Positions 1 through 9,205 of a stretch of DNA of 64,000 nucleotides are shown here, in pieces. The position numbers were made by a program, and so were the translations under genes. The DNA is from Deinococcales bacterium (lineage in GTDB: Bacteria; Deinococcota; Deinococci; Deinococcales; JAAFIG01), in the NCBI GenBank assembly GCA_043778225.1, contig JAYWGM010000052.1, positions 1-64,000 on the forward strand, read 5' to 3'. The first letter of the stretch is position 1; every line of letters starts with the position of its first letter. The notes under the pieces were generated by a model that was not told the origin of the DNA, made no database searches, and saw only the letters and a program-made list of their open reading frames with translations.

Positions 1-66
1 TCTAAGCGACGGAAACGTTTGAAGGCGTTATTACATGATGATTACTTGCTATCGTTACTTGGTTTA

Positions 67-168
67 TCAGGCAAGGCATAGTTGGTGCGTTTGCCCTAGT
101 TTTGCTTTAGCTCTGACTTGCAGTTTACTTGGCTTTCTGATAGCCTTTTTGTGTTTCGTAGTAATCAC
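67..168 (-). CDS. Possible small basic peptide (33 aa from GTG, or 30 aa from an ACG placed behind the RBS)
   Basis: Minus strand reads AGGAGGTGATTACT-ACG-AAA-CAC..., open to TGA at 69-67: (V)ITTKHKKAIRKPSKLQVRAKAKLGQTHQLCLA. Strong SD but no ATG; not in the ORF track. Confidence 0.25.
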   Translation of the reverse strand: MITTKHKKAIRKPSKLQVRAKAKLGQTHQLCLA

Positions 169-312
169 CTCCTATCGATGGGAGGCGACCCCACGCTCTC
201 TGCTAAAGGGCGTGGGGTCAACCATTTATTGGCTGCCCAGCCCTTTTTTTCATCTTGATTGTCAAAGAACACGCTGCTCTTCGGTGACCGAACGAGCTAC
301 GGTGTCAGCATA
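168..312 (-). promoter_or_regulatory. Structured leader: -10 TATGCT, hairpin, boxA-like element, two further hairpins
   Basis: TATGCT (312-307); hairpin 276-297; TGTTCTTTGACAAT (271-258); stem GACCCCACGC/GCGTGGGGTC (187-219); stem CCTCC/GGAGG (168-185) covering the SD. Confidence 0.45.
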
Positions 313-328
313 ACATAAGGAGGATAGA

Positions 329-832
329 ATGCTAAAAACAGTCGTGGTGGCATTGGTGGCGGGTTGTCTTGGTGCGGTTATTGGAATCTCGAGTGTAGAA
401 GCCATTCCGCAAGCCATTCGTCTTGGTTATGTGACCGTGCCAGAAGTGATTAAATCTACGCCAGCCGGTGGGTCGTTAAAGAAAATCGAGGATGCTCGCA
501 ATAAAGAAGTCAAGCCGATTGCGGACAAAATTAAAGTCTTACAGCCAAAAATGCGTTCGGGCAGTGCAACTTTCGAGGAGCGCGACCAGTGGGATAAATT
601 ATCCAAGCAATACACCGCCATTGCTAAAAAGTACGATTTGCAATTTCAGAAGGTTTTGCAGCCATTTGATAAAAAACTCCTGACTTCGATTAAAAATTCT
701 GCCAATAAACAGGGGTTTAGTTTGATTGTAGATGGCATCATCGCCACCGATAGCGGATTGTTGTTGTATGCCAACCAAGACGCAGCCAACATTACCAAAG
801 ATGTGATTACCGAGTTTAAGAAATTAAAATGA
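329..832 (+). CDS. OmpH/Skp family periplasmic chaperone
   Basis: Signal peptide, 'RLGYVTVPEV' N-terminal strand, long coiled coil, 'GFSLIVD...LLYAN...NITKDVI' C-terminus; SD AGGAGG. Confidence 0.8.
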   Translation: MLKTVVVALVAGCLGAVIGISSVEAIPQAIRLGYVTVPEVIKSTPAGGSLKKIEDARNKEVKPIADKIKVLQPKMRSGSATFEERDQWDKLSKQYTAIAKKYDLQFQKVLQPFDKKLLTSIKNSANKQGFSLIVDGIIATDSGLLLYANQDAANITKDVITEFKKLK

Positions 833-1431
833 ATCTGGTTAAAGGTAAAAGTTCAAAGCCAAAAATGTTCTCGAGGGTTGCACTTGCTCGAGCGTTTTTG
901 ACGCGAGGCTTGCCATTTGTTTTTGGTCTGCTGCTTTGGTTGGCTACCTTACTTGCGCCAACCTTGGCGGCAATTCGTGGCACACCTCTTGCCCTACCGC
1001 AGCGTTTCTCGAATGTGCAAAGGCTGGCTTTAGGCTGGAATGAGATTAAGCGCCAAGAAAAAGACAACACTTGTGGTCTAGCGGTTTTATCTTTGTTGCT
1101 CGAGTGGGCTGGCGTAACCATTTCGGAAAGCAAATTGGCAACTCAAGTCAAACTCACGCCACAAGGCATCAGTTTATTTGATTGGCAAGAATTGGCTAAA
1201 AAATATGGGATACAAGGCACTTGGTTTCGAGTTGCGCCACAATCGCTTGAGGCTATGCCAATGCCGTTGGTGGCACAAATCAAAGACCCAATTGGGCATT
1301 TTGTCTTGGTGCAACGTGTTTACAACGGTTATGTACTGCTTTCAGACCCAAATGCTGGTTTGGTCTTGTATACCTTGCCTGAATTTCTGCGAGTTTGGAC
1401 TGGGCGCTCATTTGTCATGAAGGGTCTATGA
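829..1431 (+). CDS. Stand-alone C39-family cysteine peptidase with N-terminal signal/TM segment
   Basis: 'RQEKDNTCGLAVL' (Q...C), 'GHFVLV' (H), 'LSDPNAG' (D); no ABC domain; ATGA overlaps with both neighbours. Confidence 0.85.
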   Translation: MNLVKGKSSKPKMFSRVALARAFLTRGLPFVFGLLLWLATLLAPTLAAIRGTPLALPQRFSNVQRLALGWNEIKRQEKDNTCGLAVLSLLLEWAGVTISESKLATQVKLTPQGISLFDWQELAKKYGIQGTWFRVAPQSLEAMPMPLVAQIKDPIGHFVLVQRVYNGYVLLSDPNAGLVLYTLPEFLRVWTGRSFVMKGL

Positions 1432-2915
1432 CTCGAGCCATACCAAGAGATTTGAGTTTGCCTCGAGTACCAAATTGGGTTTTGGCGCTTGCCTCAAGTC
1501 TGCTGCTGAGTTTGGCATTGCGCCCGATGGGTTTGGGTGCATTGGCGCTGGTTGCGCTTGTGCCGTTGCTGCTTGGTTTGCTTGCCGAAAAGCAAATTTG
1601 GCAGGCTGGTCTGTACACCTATGCTGTGGCGATTGGCGGGGTTTGGGTCGCCATTGAAGGTTTAGCCATCGAGTACCCGTGGGTTTTTGCAATTGGTGTT
1701 TTTGGCTATGCACTGGCTTTTGCGTTTGTGGGTATGGCTGTGGTTTGGTTCAAGCGTTTTTGGGGTTCTCGAGCCATTTTATTTTTTCCGATTATCTGGG
1801 TGGCGCTTGAGTTTTTAATTAGCCAACCAGCTTTACTAGGCAGTTGGGCGAATCCAATTATGGCAATTGGGTATACCCAGTTTGAAACACCACTTTTACA
1901 AACGGCTTGTTGGAGTGGCGTGACTGGCACGAGTTTTTTGGTGTTGGCGTTCAATGCTGCTTTTGTATTTGGACTGCTCAAGTTTCGGGCATTCAAATCT
2001 TGGCTGCCTCTAATTAGCGTTTTAGGAATCTCGAGTTTAGCAGCCTATATGCCTTTGAATTCGAGTCAATCCGTTGGACAGGCATTTCGGGTTGGTATTG
2101 CCCAAGCCTATATTCCCACCCTCGAGTATACGATTGCCGATTTTGATGTGGGCGCTCAGGCTCTGATTATTGAACGGTATAAAATGCTGATGGCAAAGCT
2201 GGTTAAAAATGGCGCTCAATTGGTGGTGTTGCCCGAAACCGCTTTTGGTGGCTGGTACAGCAATCTCGAGCAGAATTCAATCTTACAAGATGCCTTGCGT
2301 GGTGTTTCTTTGGCTTTGGTGGGTGTTAAAACCGCCTATGTCACAGATACTAGGCGCGAGGGTCGCAATGCGATTCTCGAGTACCAACGCGAAGCGGGGC
2401 GCTTGCGTGAAGTTTACGCTAAGCAAATTCCGATTCCTCTAACCGAAGCGGGGTTCGCTAAAGGCACAAATCTGGGTTTAGTACGTTTGGGTGGTGTGGT
2501 TTTTGGCTTGGGTATCTGTTGGGAAAATACCTTTCCAAGTTTAGCTCGAGCTTCGGTTCTAGGTGGCGCTGAGGTGCTGGTCTATCAAAACAGTTTGCTG
2601 TGGGCTGGGGCAACTGCCACACCGATTTTGCATCAGCGTATCAGTGCTTTTCGGGCAGTCGAAAATGGGCGCATGGTGATTCATGCCACGGGTGGTGGCT
2701 CGAGTGCAATTATCGATTTTAATGGGCGTTTACTGGCTACCGCGCCACAGACCCTCGAGACCACGCTGATTGGTTTGGTACAAGCCAGAACGGGGGTTAC
2801 ACCATTTGTTCAATTTGGTGATTGGTTTGGATTGCTTTCGGTGGTTGTTAGTCTGCTGCTTGGAATATCCAAACGTTCAGTTGACCCGATTAAAGATTTA
2901 ATTTGGGGTTCGTGA
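1428..2915 (+). CDS. lnt: Apolipoprotein N-acyltransferase-like protein (nitrilase fold)
   Basis: Multi-TM N-terminus; triad motifs 'VVLPET', 'YAKQIPIP', 'GICWENTFP'; 'RAVENGR', 'TPFVQFGDW'. Start at ATG 1428 overlaps the upstream stop. Confidence 0.85.
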   Translation: MTRAIPRDLSLPRVPNWVLALASSLLLSLALRPMGLGALALVALVPLLLGLLAEKQIWQAGLYTYAVAIGGVWVAIEGLAIEYPWVFAIGVFGYALAFAFVGMAVVWFKRFWGSRAILFFPIIWVALEFLISQPALLGSWANPIMAIGYTQFETPLLQTACWSGVTGTSFLVLAFNAAFVFGLLKFRAFKSWLPLISVLGISSLAAYMPLNSSQSVGQAFRVGIAQAYIPTLEYTIADFDVGAQALIIERYKMLMAKLVKNGAQLVVLPETAFGGWYSNLEQNSILQDALRGVSLALVGVKTAYVTDTRREGRNAILEYQREAGRLREVYAKQIPIPLTEAGFAKGTNLGLVRLGGVVFGLGICWENTFPSLARASVLGGAEVLVYQNSLLWAGATATPILHQRISAFRAVENGRMVIHATGGGSSAIIDFNGRLLATAPQTLETTLIGLVQARTGVTPFVQFGDWFGLLSVVVSLLLGISKRSVDPIKDLIWGS

Positions 2916-2941
2916 GCTATTTTATTTTTGCCAATGTGTTT

Positions 2942-4066
2942 TTATGTCAGTAATTTTGTTGTCTCGAGCGCAATTGCTAATTCTTCGTTGGTTGGAATGA
3001 CCAGCACTTCGACCCTCGAGTCAGCGCTAGAAATTCGTGTGGCTCGAGATTGATTGGCAGCTTCATCCAGCTTAACCCCAAGCCAGCCAAGTTTCTCGAG
3101 AATTTTTGCCCGCATTCGGGTGTCGTTTTCGCCCACCCCGGCTGTAAAAATAATCACATCCAACCCCTCAAGTGCCGCCAAATACGCACCAATGGTTTTT
3201 TGCACGCGGTAAGCAAAAATATCCAGCGCCGTCTGCGCCACTTTTATGCCCGCATCGGCGGCTTGCCAGACATCGCGCAAGTCGGCTGCGCCAGCTAAGC
3301 CCAGCATTCCAGATTGCTTATTCAGTAAAGTATCGGTGGCATCCACACCATTTCGCCGCACAAGCTCGAGAACCAGCCCCGCGTCTATATCGCCGCTCCG
3401 TGTTCCCATCACCAGACCCTCGAGTGGTGTAAATCCCATGCTGGTGTCTATACTTTCTCCAAAGCGCACCGCACAGGCACTTGCGCCGTTGCCAAGGTGC
3501 AAAGAAATAATTTTTAGTTGCTCGAGTGGGCGCTCTAAAAATTCAGCCGCTTGGCGCACCACAAAACCGTGACTTGTGCCGTGAAAACCAAAACGGCGCA
3601 GTCCCAATTCGGGGGCAATCGCGTATGAAAAGGCTTTTTCTGGCAAACTGGCATGAAAAGCGGTGTCAAAAACCGCTACATTCTCGAGGCTTGGTAAAAT
3701 TTCTCGAGCTGCCCTAATACCGACAATATTGGGCGGATTATGAAGCGGTGCAAATTTAGCGTTCTCCTCGAGGACTTCTAGCACCGCCTCGTCAATTCGG
3801 GTTGGCGCAGTAAAAGCTAAGCCCCCATGCACCACCCGATGCCCAATGGCTTGTACCGCGCTAAAATCTTCATACTTGGCGATGGCACTAAGCGCCTGTG
3901 CATGATTCATCGCCAGCACCTTAACAATTTGTCCACCGCGCAGATAAGCGGCTTGTGGTACACCAATCCGTTCAATCACACCTCGAGCCAAAGTGCTACT
4001 CGAGGATGTTTCGATAATCGCATACTTGAGGCTCGAGCTACCTGCATTTAAGACCAGAATCTGCAT
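2942..4066 (-). CDS. ackA: Acetate kinase
   Basis: 'ILVLNAGSSSLK', 'GHRVVHGG', 'APLHNP', 'FDTAFH', 'HLGNGAS', 'IPTNEE'. Confidence 0.95.
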   Translation of the reverse strand: MQILVLNAGSSSLKYAIIETSSSSTLARGVIERIGVPQAAYLRGGQIVKVLAMNHAQALSAIAKYEDFSAVQAIGHRVVHGGLAFTAPTRIDEAVLEVLEENAKFAPLHNPPNIVGIRAAREILPSLENVAVFDTAFHASLPEKAFSYAIAPELGLRRFGFHGTSHGFVVRQAAEFLERPLEQLKIISLHLGNGASACAVRFGESIDTSMGFTPLEGLVMGTRSGDIDAGLVLELVRRNGVDATDTLLNKQSGMLGLAGAADLRDVWQAADAGIKVAQTALDIFAYRVQKTIGAYLAALEGLDVIIFTAGVGENDTRMRAKILEKLGWLGVKLDEAANQSRATRISSADSRVEVLVIPTNEELAIALETTKLLT

Positions 4067-4096
4067 AGTGGGCAGTTTATCGCGTAAACTATCCTT

Positions 4097-4552
4097 ATGC
4101 TCGAACTCGTCACAAGGCAACAAGAACTTCGTTTGCGCTTACTCGCTAAACTTTATACTGGTCTGACCGAGGATGCCCATGCGTGGTTTGACCTCGAGAA
4201 ACTCGATTTTAGCGCCGTGCCAAATATCCCCAGAGTCGAACCAGACGACGACGATGCACTCGAGTTACCCAAAGCCGACTTTCATGTCCCAGCCACAGTC
4301 AGCGAGACTCGAGCCGCCACGCTCTATTTGCTCGAGCGCGGATTTATTATCGGTTTACCGCCCGAAGTGCTAGAAGAGCAACAACTTGACCCCGCTAAAA
4401 TGATGCTGCGTCTAACTGCCAACGGTGTGGATGCTTTTGAAAATTTTGCCCTTGCCAATTTCCAACGGGCGGCTGAACGTCCAGTTGGTTTTATCGCCAG
4501 CCCTGTGGTTCGAGCCACGGGAATGCCCTTGGGGCTAAAAGGCACAGCATGA
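4097..4552 (+). CDS. Hypothetical protein (possible winged helix)
   Basis: 151 aa ORF; leaderless TAAACT-N6-ATG; 'YLLERGFI...LRLTANGVD' is wHTH-like. Confidence 0.55.
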   Translation: MLELVTRQQELRLRLLAKLYTGLTEDAHAWFDLEKLDFSAVPNIPRVEPDDDDALELPKADFHVPATVSETRAATLYLLERGFIIGLPPEVLEEQQLDPAKMMLRLTANGVDAFENFALANFQRAAERPVGFIASPVVRATGMPLGLKGTA

Positions 4553-4607
4553 ACTCGTTGCACAGAGGTACGTCAAACTCGTTGCACAGAGGTACAGCAT
4601 GAACTCG
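4544..4607. repeat. Nested direct repeats at a stop/start junction
   Basis: ACAGCATGAACTCG at 4544-4557 and 4594-4607; AACTCGTTGCACAGAGGTAC at 4552-4571 and 4576-4595. Confidence 0.9.
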
Positions 4608-5762
4608 CCACTCGAGTATTTCCAGCGCCGTTGGGTGCAACTTTCTTTTTCTCTGGCGGTTGTGGCGATTGGTTTATTGGCGATTCAGTTTATTTTCGGC
4701 TCGTTTAAGGGCGTTATCCAAGAACTCTCGAGTGTTTTTGTACTGGGTGGCTTATCGTATCTTTTTGCCTATCTTTTTCATCCACTCGTGGTTTGGTTGC
4801 AAAAAAAAGGCGTGCGGCGCGGACTTGGTTTATTGGTGGCGTTTTTAATTGTGCTGCTTTTCTTGGCGGTTTCAACAATTTTAATCGGTACAGTGGTGCA
4901 AGAACTGGCGCTCTTCGCCCAGAAACTACCAATTTTAGTGACCAACACCCAAAACCAAATCAATATCTGGCTTGATGAACTCGAGCAAGTGCGCGGACAG
5001 AATCAACAAATCCGAGATTTGATTGACCAAGTGACCACGGCGGTACAAACCGCCCTCTCGAGCATCGTTCAGAACTTATTGGGCTTTTTGCAAAATGCCA
5101 GCAGTGGTTTGGTCACCCGCACGCTTGGGGTTTTGGGCGGGGTGGTGCAATTTTTCTTGGTGCTGATTATTGGCACATATATGCTTGGTGCATTTGAAGG
5201 AATCGGCAAAACTGTCTTGGGTTTATTCCCAGTTGGTTTCCAGCCTCGAGTTCTCGAGTTTTCAAAAGATGTTTCGGTGGCGGTTGGCGGCTACATTCGT
5301 GGACAGCTTCTGATTGCTTTGGCGGTTGGTACGATGGTTGGCACAGGCTTGGCAATTTTGGGTGTGCCGTTGGCGTTGGCACTTGGTTTTATCAGTGGCA
5401 TTTTTAATATCGTGCCGTACTTGGGAGTGATTATTTCGATTGCCCCAGCCTTGTTGCTTGCCAGCCAATTTGGGTTACTGAAAGTCGTTTTGGTGATTGT
5501 CGTCTTTGTGATTGCCAACCAAGTCGAAGCGCTGGTACTCAGCCCCAACATCCTTGGGCGCAGCACCGAACTGCACCCGATTACGATTATCCTGACGATT
5601 ATTGCTGGGGCAAGTGTGCTGGGCGTGTTTGGCGGCTTGTTGGCGGTGCCGCTTGTGGCATTGGCAAAACTTTTGGTCTATAAGCACTGGATTGGTTCAA
5701 AGTGGCATGGCGGGACTCGAGAAGAAGCCGTGCCGATGCCCGAGCCTGTAGAAGAAAGCTAA
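4599..5762 (+). CDS. AI-2E (PerM-like) family transporter
   Basis: Multi-TM; 'GGYIRGQLL', 'NIVPYLG', 'NQVEALVLSPNILG...LHP'. Confidence 0.9.
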   Translation: MNSPLEYFQRRWVQLSFSLAVVAIGLLAIQFIFGSFKGVIQELSSVFVLGGLSYLFAYLFHPLVVWLQKKGVRRGLGLLVAFLIVLLFLAVSTILIGTVVQELALFAQKLPILVTNTQNQINIWLDELEQVRGQNQQIRDLIDQVTTAVQTALSSIVQNLLGFLQNASSGLVTRTLGVLGGVVQFFLVLIIGTYMLGAFEGIGKTVLGLFPVGFQPRVLEFSKDVSVAVGGYIRGQLLIALAVGTMVGTGLAILGVPLALALGFISGIFNIVPYLGVIISIAPALLLASQFGLLKVVLVIVVFVIANQVEALVLSPNILGRSTELHPITIILTIIAGASVLGVFGGLLAVPLVALAKLLVYKHWIGSKWHGGTREEAVPMPEPVEES

Positions 5763-5763
5763 T

Positions 5764-6690
5764 TTATTCGTGAATGTCTCGAGTCCTAAAACTCCAAATC
5801 ATAATGGCAGCAAAGACAAGTGCATAGACACCCGCCGCACCAACCGACCACCAGATTTTGGTCCAGTCTAGGGTTGGCAAAACGTTATTTGGGATAAATT
5901 CTCCCAGCCCAGCGTTTTGCAAAGATTCCCCAATCAGGCGTTGCCCAAGGTTCAGGTTTGGCGTAAAGAAAAAGCGTTGCCATTGCTCGAGCGTTTCTCT
6001 GAGGCGGTCGGCTTGGAAGGCAGCATTAAGTGGCGAAACGCGGTTAAGTGTAAAAAGAACACTGGCTTGAATGATTCCCTCGAGTAAATTAGGTAAAACC
6101 ACCACACCAATCACCGCAAGGGCTGGCGAAGAAAAGACCCAACTGATTAAGAATCCGAGTGCCAATGGCGCAGCCAAAACCAACCACTGCAAAATAAGCA
6201 CAGCAAATAGATTTCCCCAGTCTCCAGCAAAACCCGAGGCAAGCCCAAATGGAATGGCAATTGTTCCAAAAAGCAGCCCGCCGCCAATGCCAGCCAGAAT
6301 AATTGCACCTAGAATCAGCATTCCAGTTATAAACTTAGAAGCCAATACCCGCATTCGGTCTGGATTGGCAATTAAAATCGTTTTCCACATCTTAAAGGTG
6401 CGTTCCTCGCCAATTAAAAAAATACCAACCACAGCCGCTAATGGCAGCAGCATTAAAGGCAATACGCCACCAATGGCATTACGCACCAAACTGTACGGTG
6501 AGGCGACTTCGGAAATGGCTTTAGAAATCGCGTCGGTCGCATCCAGAATTGTTCCAGATGTCTGCCTCGAGACAAAACCAGCCACCACCAATTGAATCAC
6601 TGGAGCGATGACTCCAAATAAAATCACCAGCACCCAGAAACGTTTTTTCTTAAAAGCCTTAAACCATTCGGCACTTATCATCTCGAGCAT
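5764..6690 (-). CDS. ABC-2 type transporter permease
   Basis: 'MISAEWFK', 'GEERTFKMWKTIL', C-terminal 'FRTRDI'; coupled to the ATPase gene. Confidence 0.85.
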   Translation of the reverse strand: MLEMISAEWFKAFKKKRFWVLVILFGVIAPVIQLVVAGFVSRQTSGTILDATDAISKAISEVASPYSLVRNAIGGVLPLMLLPLAAVVGIFLIGEERTFKMWKTILIANPDRMRVLASKFITGMLILGAIILAGIGGGLLFGTIAIPFGLASGFAGDWGNLFAVLILQWLVLAAPLALGFLISWVFSSPALAVIGVVVLPNLLEGIIQASVLFTLNRVSPLNAAFQADRLRETLEQWQRFFFTPNLNLGQRLIGESLQNAGLGEFIPNNVLPTLDWTKIWWSVGAAGVYALVFAAIMIWSFRTRDIHE

Positions 6691-7634
6691 TATTTCACTC
6701 CCCCTGCATTGCCTTGGTCGCCAATCACTTCTAAGTACAGGCTCTCGAGGTCGGATTGCACACCAGAATCTAAGCGGTGCATTTGCGTAAACATCACACC
6801 GTTTTGGACCAAAAGCGGCGCGAGTCGGTAGGCTGCCGCCCGTGGCAAACGCATGGTTAGCCCACCCGAAGCCGACTCGAGGTTTTGAATCCATGGTTCG
6901 CGGCGCAGCACTTCAAGGGCTTTAACCGCATCGGTGGTCTCGAGGTGATAACTGGTGTCTATGCCGTCCACAATCGCACCCTGCAATAAGCCTTGGGTCG
7001 AACTGTCGCGCAGTAACTTACCTTTGTTGATAATCAGCACCCGAGGCGCAAATTTCTCAACTTCGGATAAAATATGGCTCGAGACAAAAACTGTAATCCC
7101 TTGGTCGCCAAAACTTTTAATCACTTCGCGCAGTTCGGCAATGCCTTCGGGGTCAAGTCCGTTGGCAGGTTCATCGAGCATCAAAAGTTTAGGACTCGAG
7201 AGCAGCGCCCGTGCTAACCCAAGACGTTGGCGCATTCCTTGGCTGTACTTGGCAACACGGTCTGCCCCTCGGGCTTTCATGCCAGTTAAGAGCAAGGTTT
7301 CTTCGATGCGTTTTTCGGGGATGTTGCCATGCAGTTTAGCTGCATAACGCAAATTATCGCGCCCAGAAAGATACGGGTAAAACGATGGCTCTTCGATCAT
7401 TGCGCCCATCTGCTTTAGAGCAATACCCGGCACTGGCTGCCCAAGCAATTTAACATCGCCGCCCGTTGGGCTGATTAAACCCGCAATCATTCGCATCGTG
7501 GTGGTTTTACCCGCCCCGTTTGGACCAAGAAACCCCACAACCTCGCCCGAGCTTAGCTTAAACGACACATCGTCTACGGCGGCTCGAGTGCCATATTTTT
7601 TAGAGAGGTGATTAACCTCGAGAACAACACTCAT
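6690..7634 (-). CDS. ABC transporter ATP-binding protein
   Basis: GPNGAGKTT, YSQGMRQR, LMLDEP, SSH. Confidence 0.95.
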   Translation of the reverse strand: MSVVLEVNHLSKKYGTRAAVDDVSFKLSSGEVVGFLGPNGAGKTTTMRMIAGLISPTGGDVKLLGQPVPGIALKQMGAMIEEPSFYPYLSGRDNLRYAAKLHGNIPEKRIEETLLLTGMKARGADRVAKYSQGMRQRLGLARALLSSPKLLMLDEPANGLDPEGIAELREVIKSFGDQGITVFVSSHILSEVEKFAPRVLIINKGKLLRDSSTQGLLQGAIVDGIDTSYHLETTDAVKALEVLRREPWIQNLESASGGLTMRLPRAAAYRLAPLLVQNGVMFTQMHRLDSGVQSDLESLYLEVIGDQGNAGGVK

Positions 7635-7728
7635 GCCTTGCATTCTAAGCGCTTTATCTGGGATTTGTCGTCGTCCCTAAGTTGCAGCTCGAGTATCCAA
7701 ACAAGCTCCCAAGTGCGTATAACAAGTT

Positions 7729-9156
7729 ATGACCCGCAATGTAACCCAAGTGGCAGCCAATCCGTGGTTATCGCCATTGTGGTTAGGGGTTGTTATCCCA
7801 CTGGCTATTTATGGCTTGCTGCGCTTATTTCCCAGTGCCGATGTACATTTGCATGGCACTGGACAACATTTTTATCTGGTCAGCATCATCAGTTTATTGT
7901 CGGCTGGAGTAGCGGTTTTTATTGGCTTTATTGGCTCGAGGTTACGCAATCTACAGGTTGTTTTGGTGTCTTTGGCGTTTATTTCTTTGGGGATTGCTTT
8001 TGGCACACATGGTTTCTCGACTCCCAATTTTGTGTTGCCCGACAACCGTGTCTCGGGGATTACCGCCGAGATGAGCGTTGTGCTGGCTGCTTTGTGGCTG
8101 CTGTCCTCGAGCTTCCCATCCGATGCGCCTTTGTTGCGCGATTTGGCAAAAGCCTCGGGTTGGTTGGTCTGGGCTTGGACGCTTTTTTTGGTGGTTTTAT
8201 GTGCTGGTTTGTTGTTGCTGCCTTGGCTGGTGGATTGGATTCCACTCGATGAAAACCCGCTACACTTGCCTTTAAGTTTGTTGACGATTGGGCTGGCGTT
8301 ATTAGCGGCTTGGCGTTATTGGCGCTCGTACCTTTTTACCCATGCACCACTGCAACTGGCGGTGGTTTACTGCGCTTTGTGGATTGCCACCACGCAATTG
8401 ATCATCAGCACCTCGAGACTCTGGGATTTATCGTGGTGGTTCTATCATGGGGTACTACTGCTGGCAGTTGGCACAATGATTTGGGGCTTATTGCGACAGT
8501 ACACTCGGGGGGCATTTGCGGCTTCTTTGTCAGGTATCTGGAATGCCAACCCGATGGCGCGGCTCGAGTCGGTGATTGACCCCGATTTACAAAACCTGAT
8601 TCGTGCCACCGAAATCCACGATTCCTATACGGCTGGTCACAACAAGCGGGTGGCATTACACGCCGTACAAATTGGGCAAGCACTGGGCTTAAAACCCGAA
8701 AAGCTCAGGGCATTGGCGCAAGGTGGTTGGGTTCATGACCTTGGCAAACTCGAGATTCCACAAGCTATTCTTAATAAACCAAGCAGCCTTACGCCAGATG
8801 AGCGCACCTTAATCGAACAGCACCCAATGATTGGCTACGATTACGCTCGAGCCACTGGTTTTTTACCCGAAGAACTGGGCATTATTCGCCATCATCACGA
8901 GCGCTACGATGGCACGGGCTACCCCGACCAACTGAGTGGCGACAACATTCCCCTGCTTGCCCGAATTACCGCCATTGCCGATGTCTACGATGCCCTGACC
9001 AGCCGTCGCAGTTACCGTGAACCAATGACCCATGCTGCGGCTCGCGCCTTTATCATGGCTCGAGCCGGAACGCACTTTGACCCCGCTTGTACCTTGGTTT
9101 GGAGTCACTTGACCAAAAACGGAGCATTGCCCGAGGTTTTGGATACGTCTTGGTGA
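7729..9156 (+). CDS. Membrane-bound HD-GYP phosphodiesterase
   Basis: About 8 TM helices, then 'HDSYTAGH', 'HDLGK', 'HHERYDGTGYP', 'ADVYDALT'. Confidence 0.9.
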   Translation: MTRNVTQVAANPWLSPLWLGVVIPLAIYGLLRLFPSADVHLHGTGQHFYLVSIISLLSAGVAVFIGFIGSRLRNLQVVLVSLAFISLGIAFGTHGFSTPNFVLPDNRVSGITAEMSVVLAALWLLSSSFPSDAPLLRDLAKASGWLVWAWTLFLVVLCAGLLLLPWLVDWIPLDENPLHLPLSLLTIGLALLAAWRYWRSYLFTHAPLQLAVVYCALWIATTQLIISTSRLWDLSWWFYHGVLLLAVGTMIWGLLRQYTRGAFAASLSGIWNANPMARLESVIDPDLQNLIRATEIHDSYTAGHNKRVALHAVQIGQALGLKPEKLRALAQGGWVHDLGKLEIPQAILNKPSSLTPDERTLIEQHPMIGYDYARATGFLPEELGIIRHHHERYDGTGYPDQLSGDNIPLLARITAIADVYDALTSRRSYREPMTHAAARAFIMARAGTHFDPACTLVWSHLTKNGALPEVLDTSW

Positions 9157-9205
9157 GAAGGCGCTGTATACCCAAAGCGATAAAATCAGCTAAACTAAAG
9201 TTGTT

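Noticed and set aside
1..271. rRNA operon downstream of the boxA-like element
   Set aside because: No recognisable rRNA or tRNA sequence within the window; cannot be excluded beyond the left edge.
35..313. 92-aa plus-strand ORF
   Set aside because: No SD or leaderless signal and no motif; it overlaps hairpins better explained on the minus strand.
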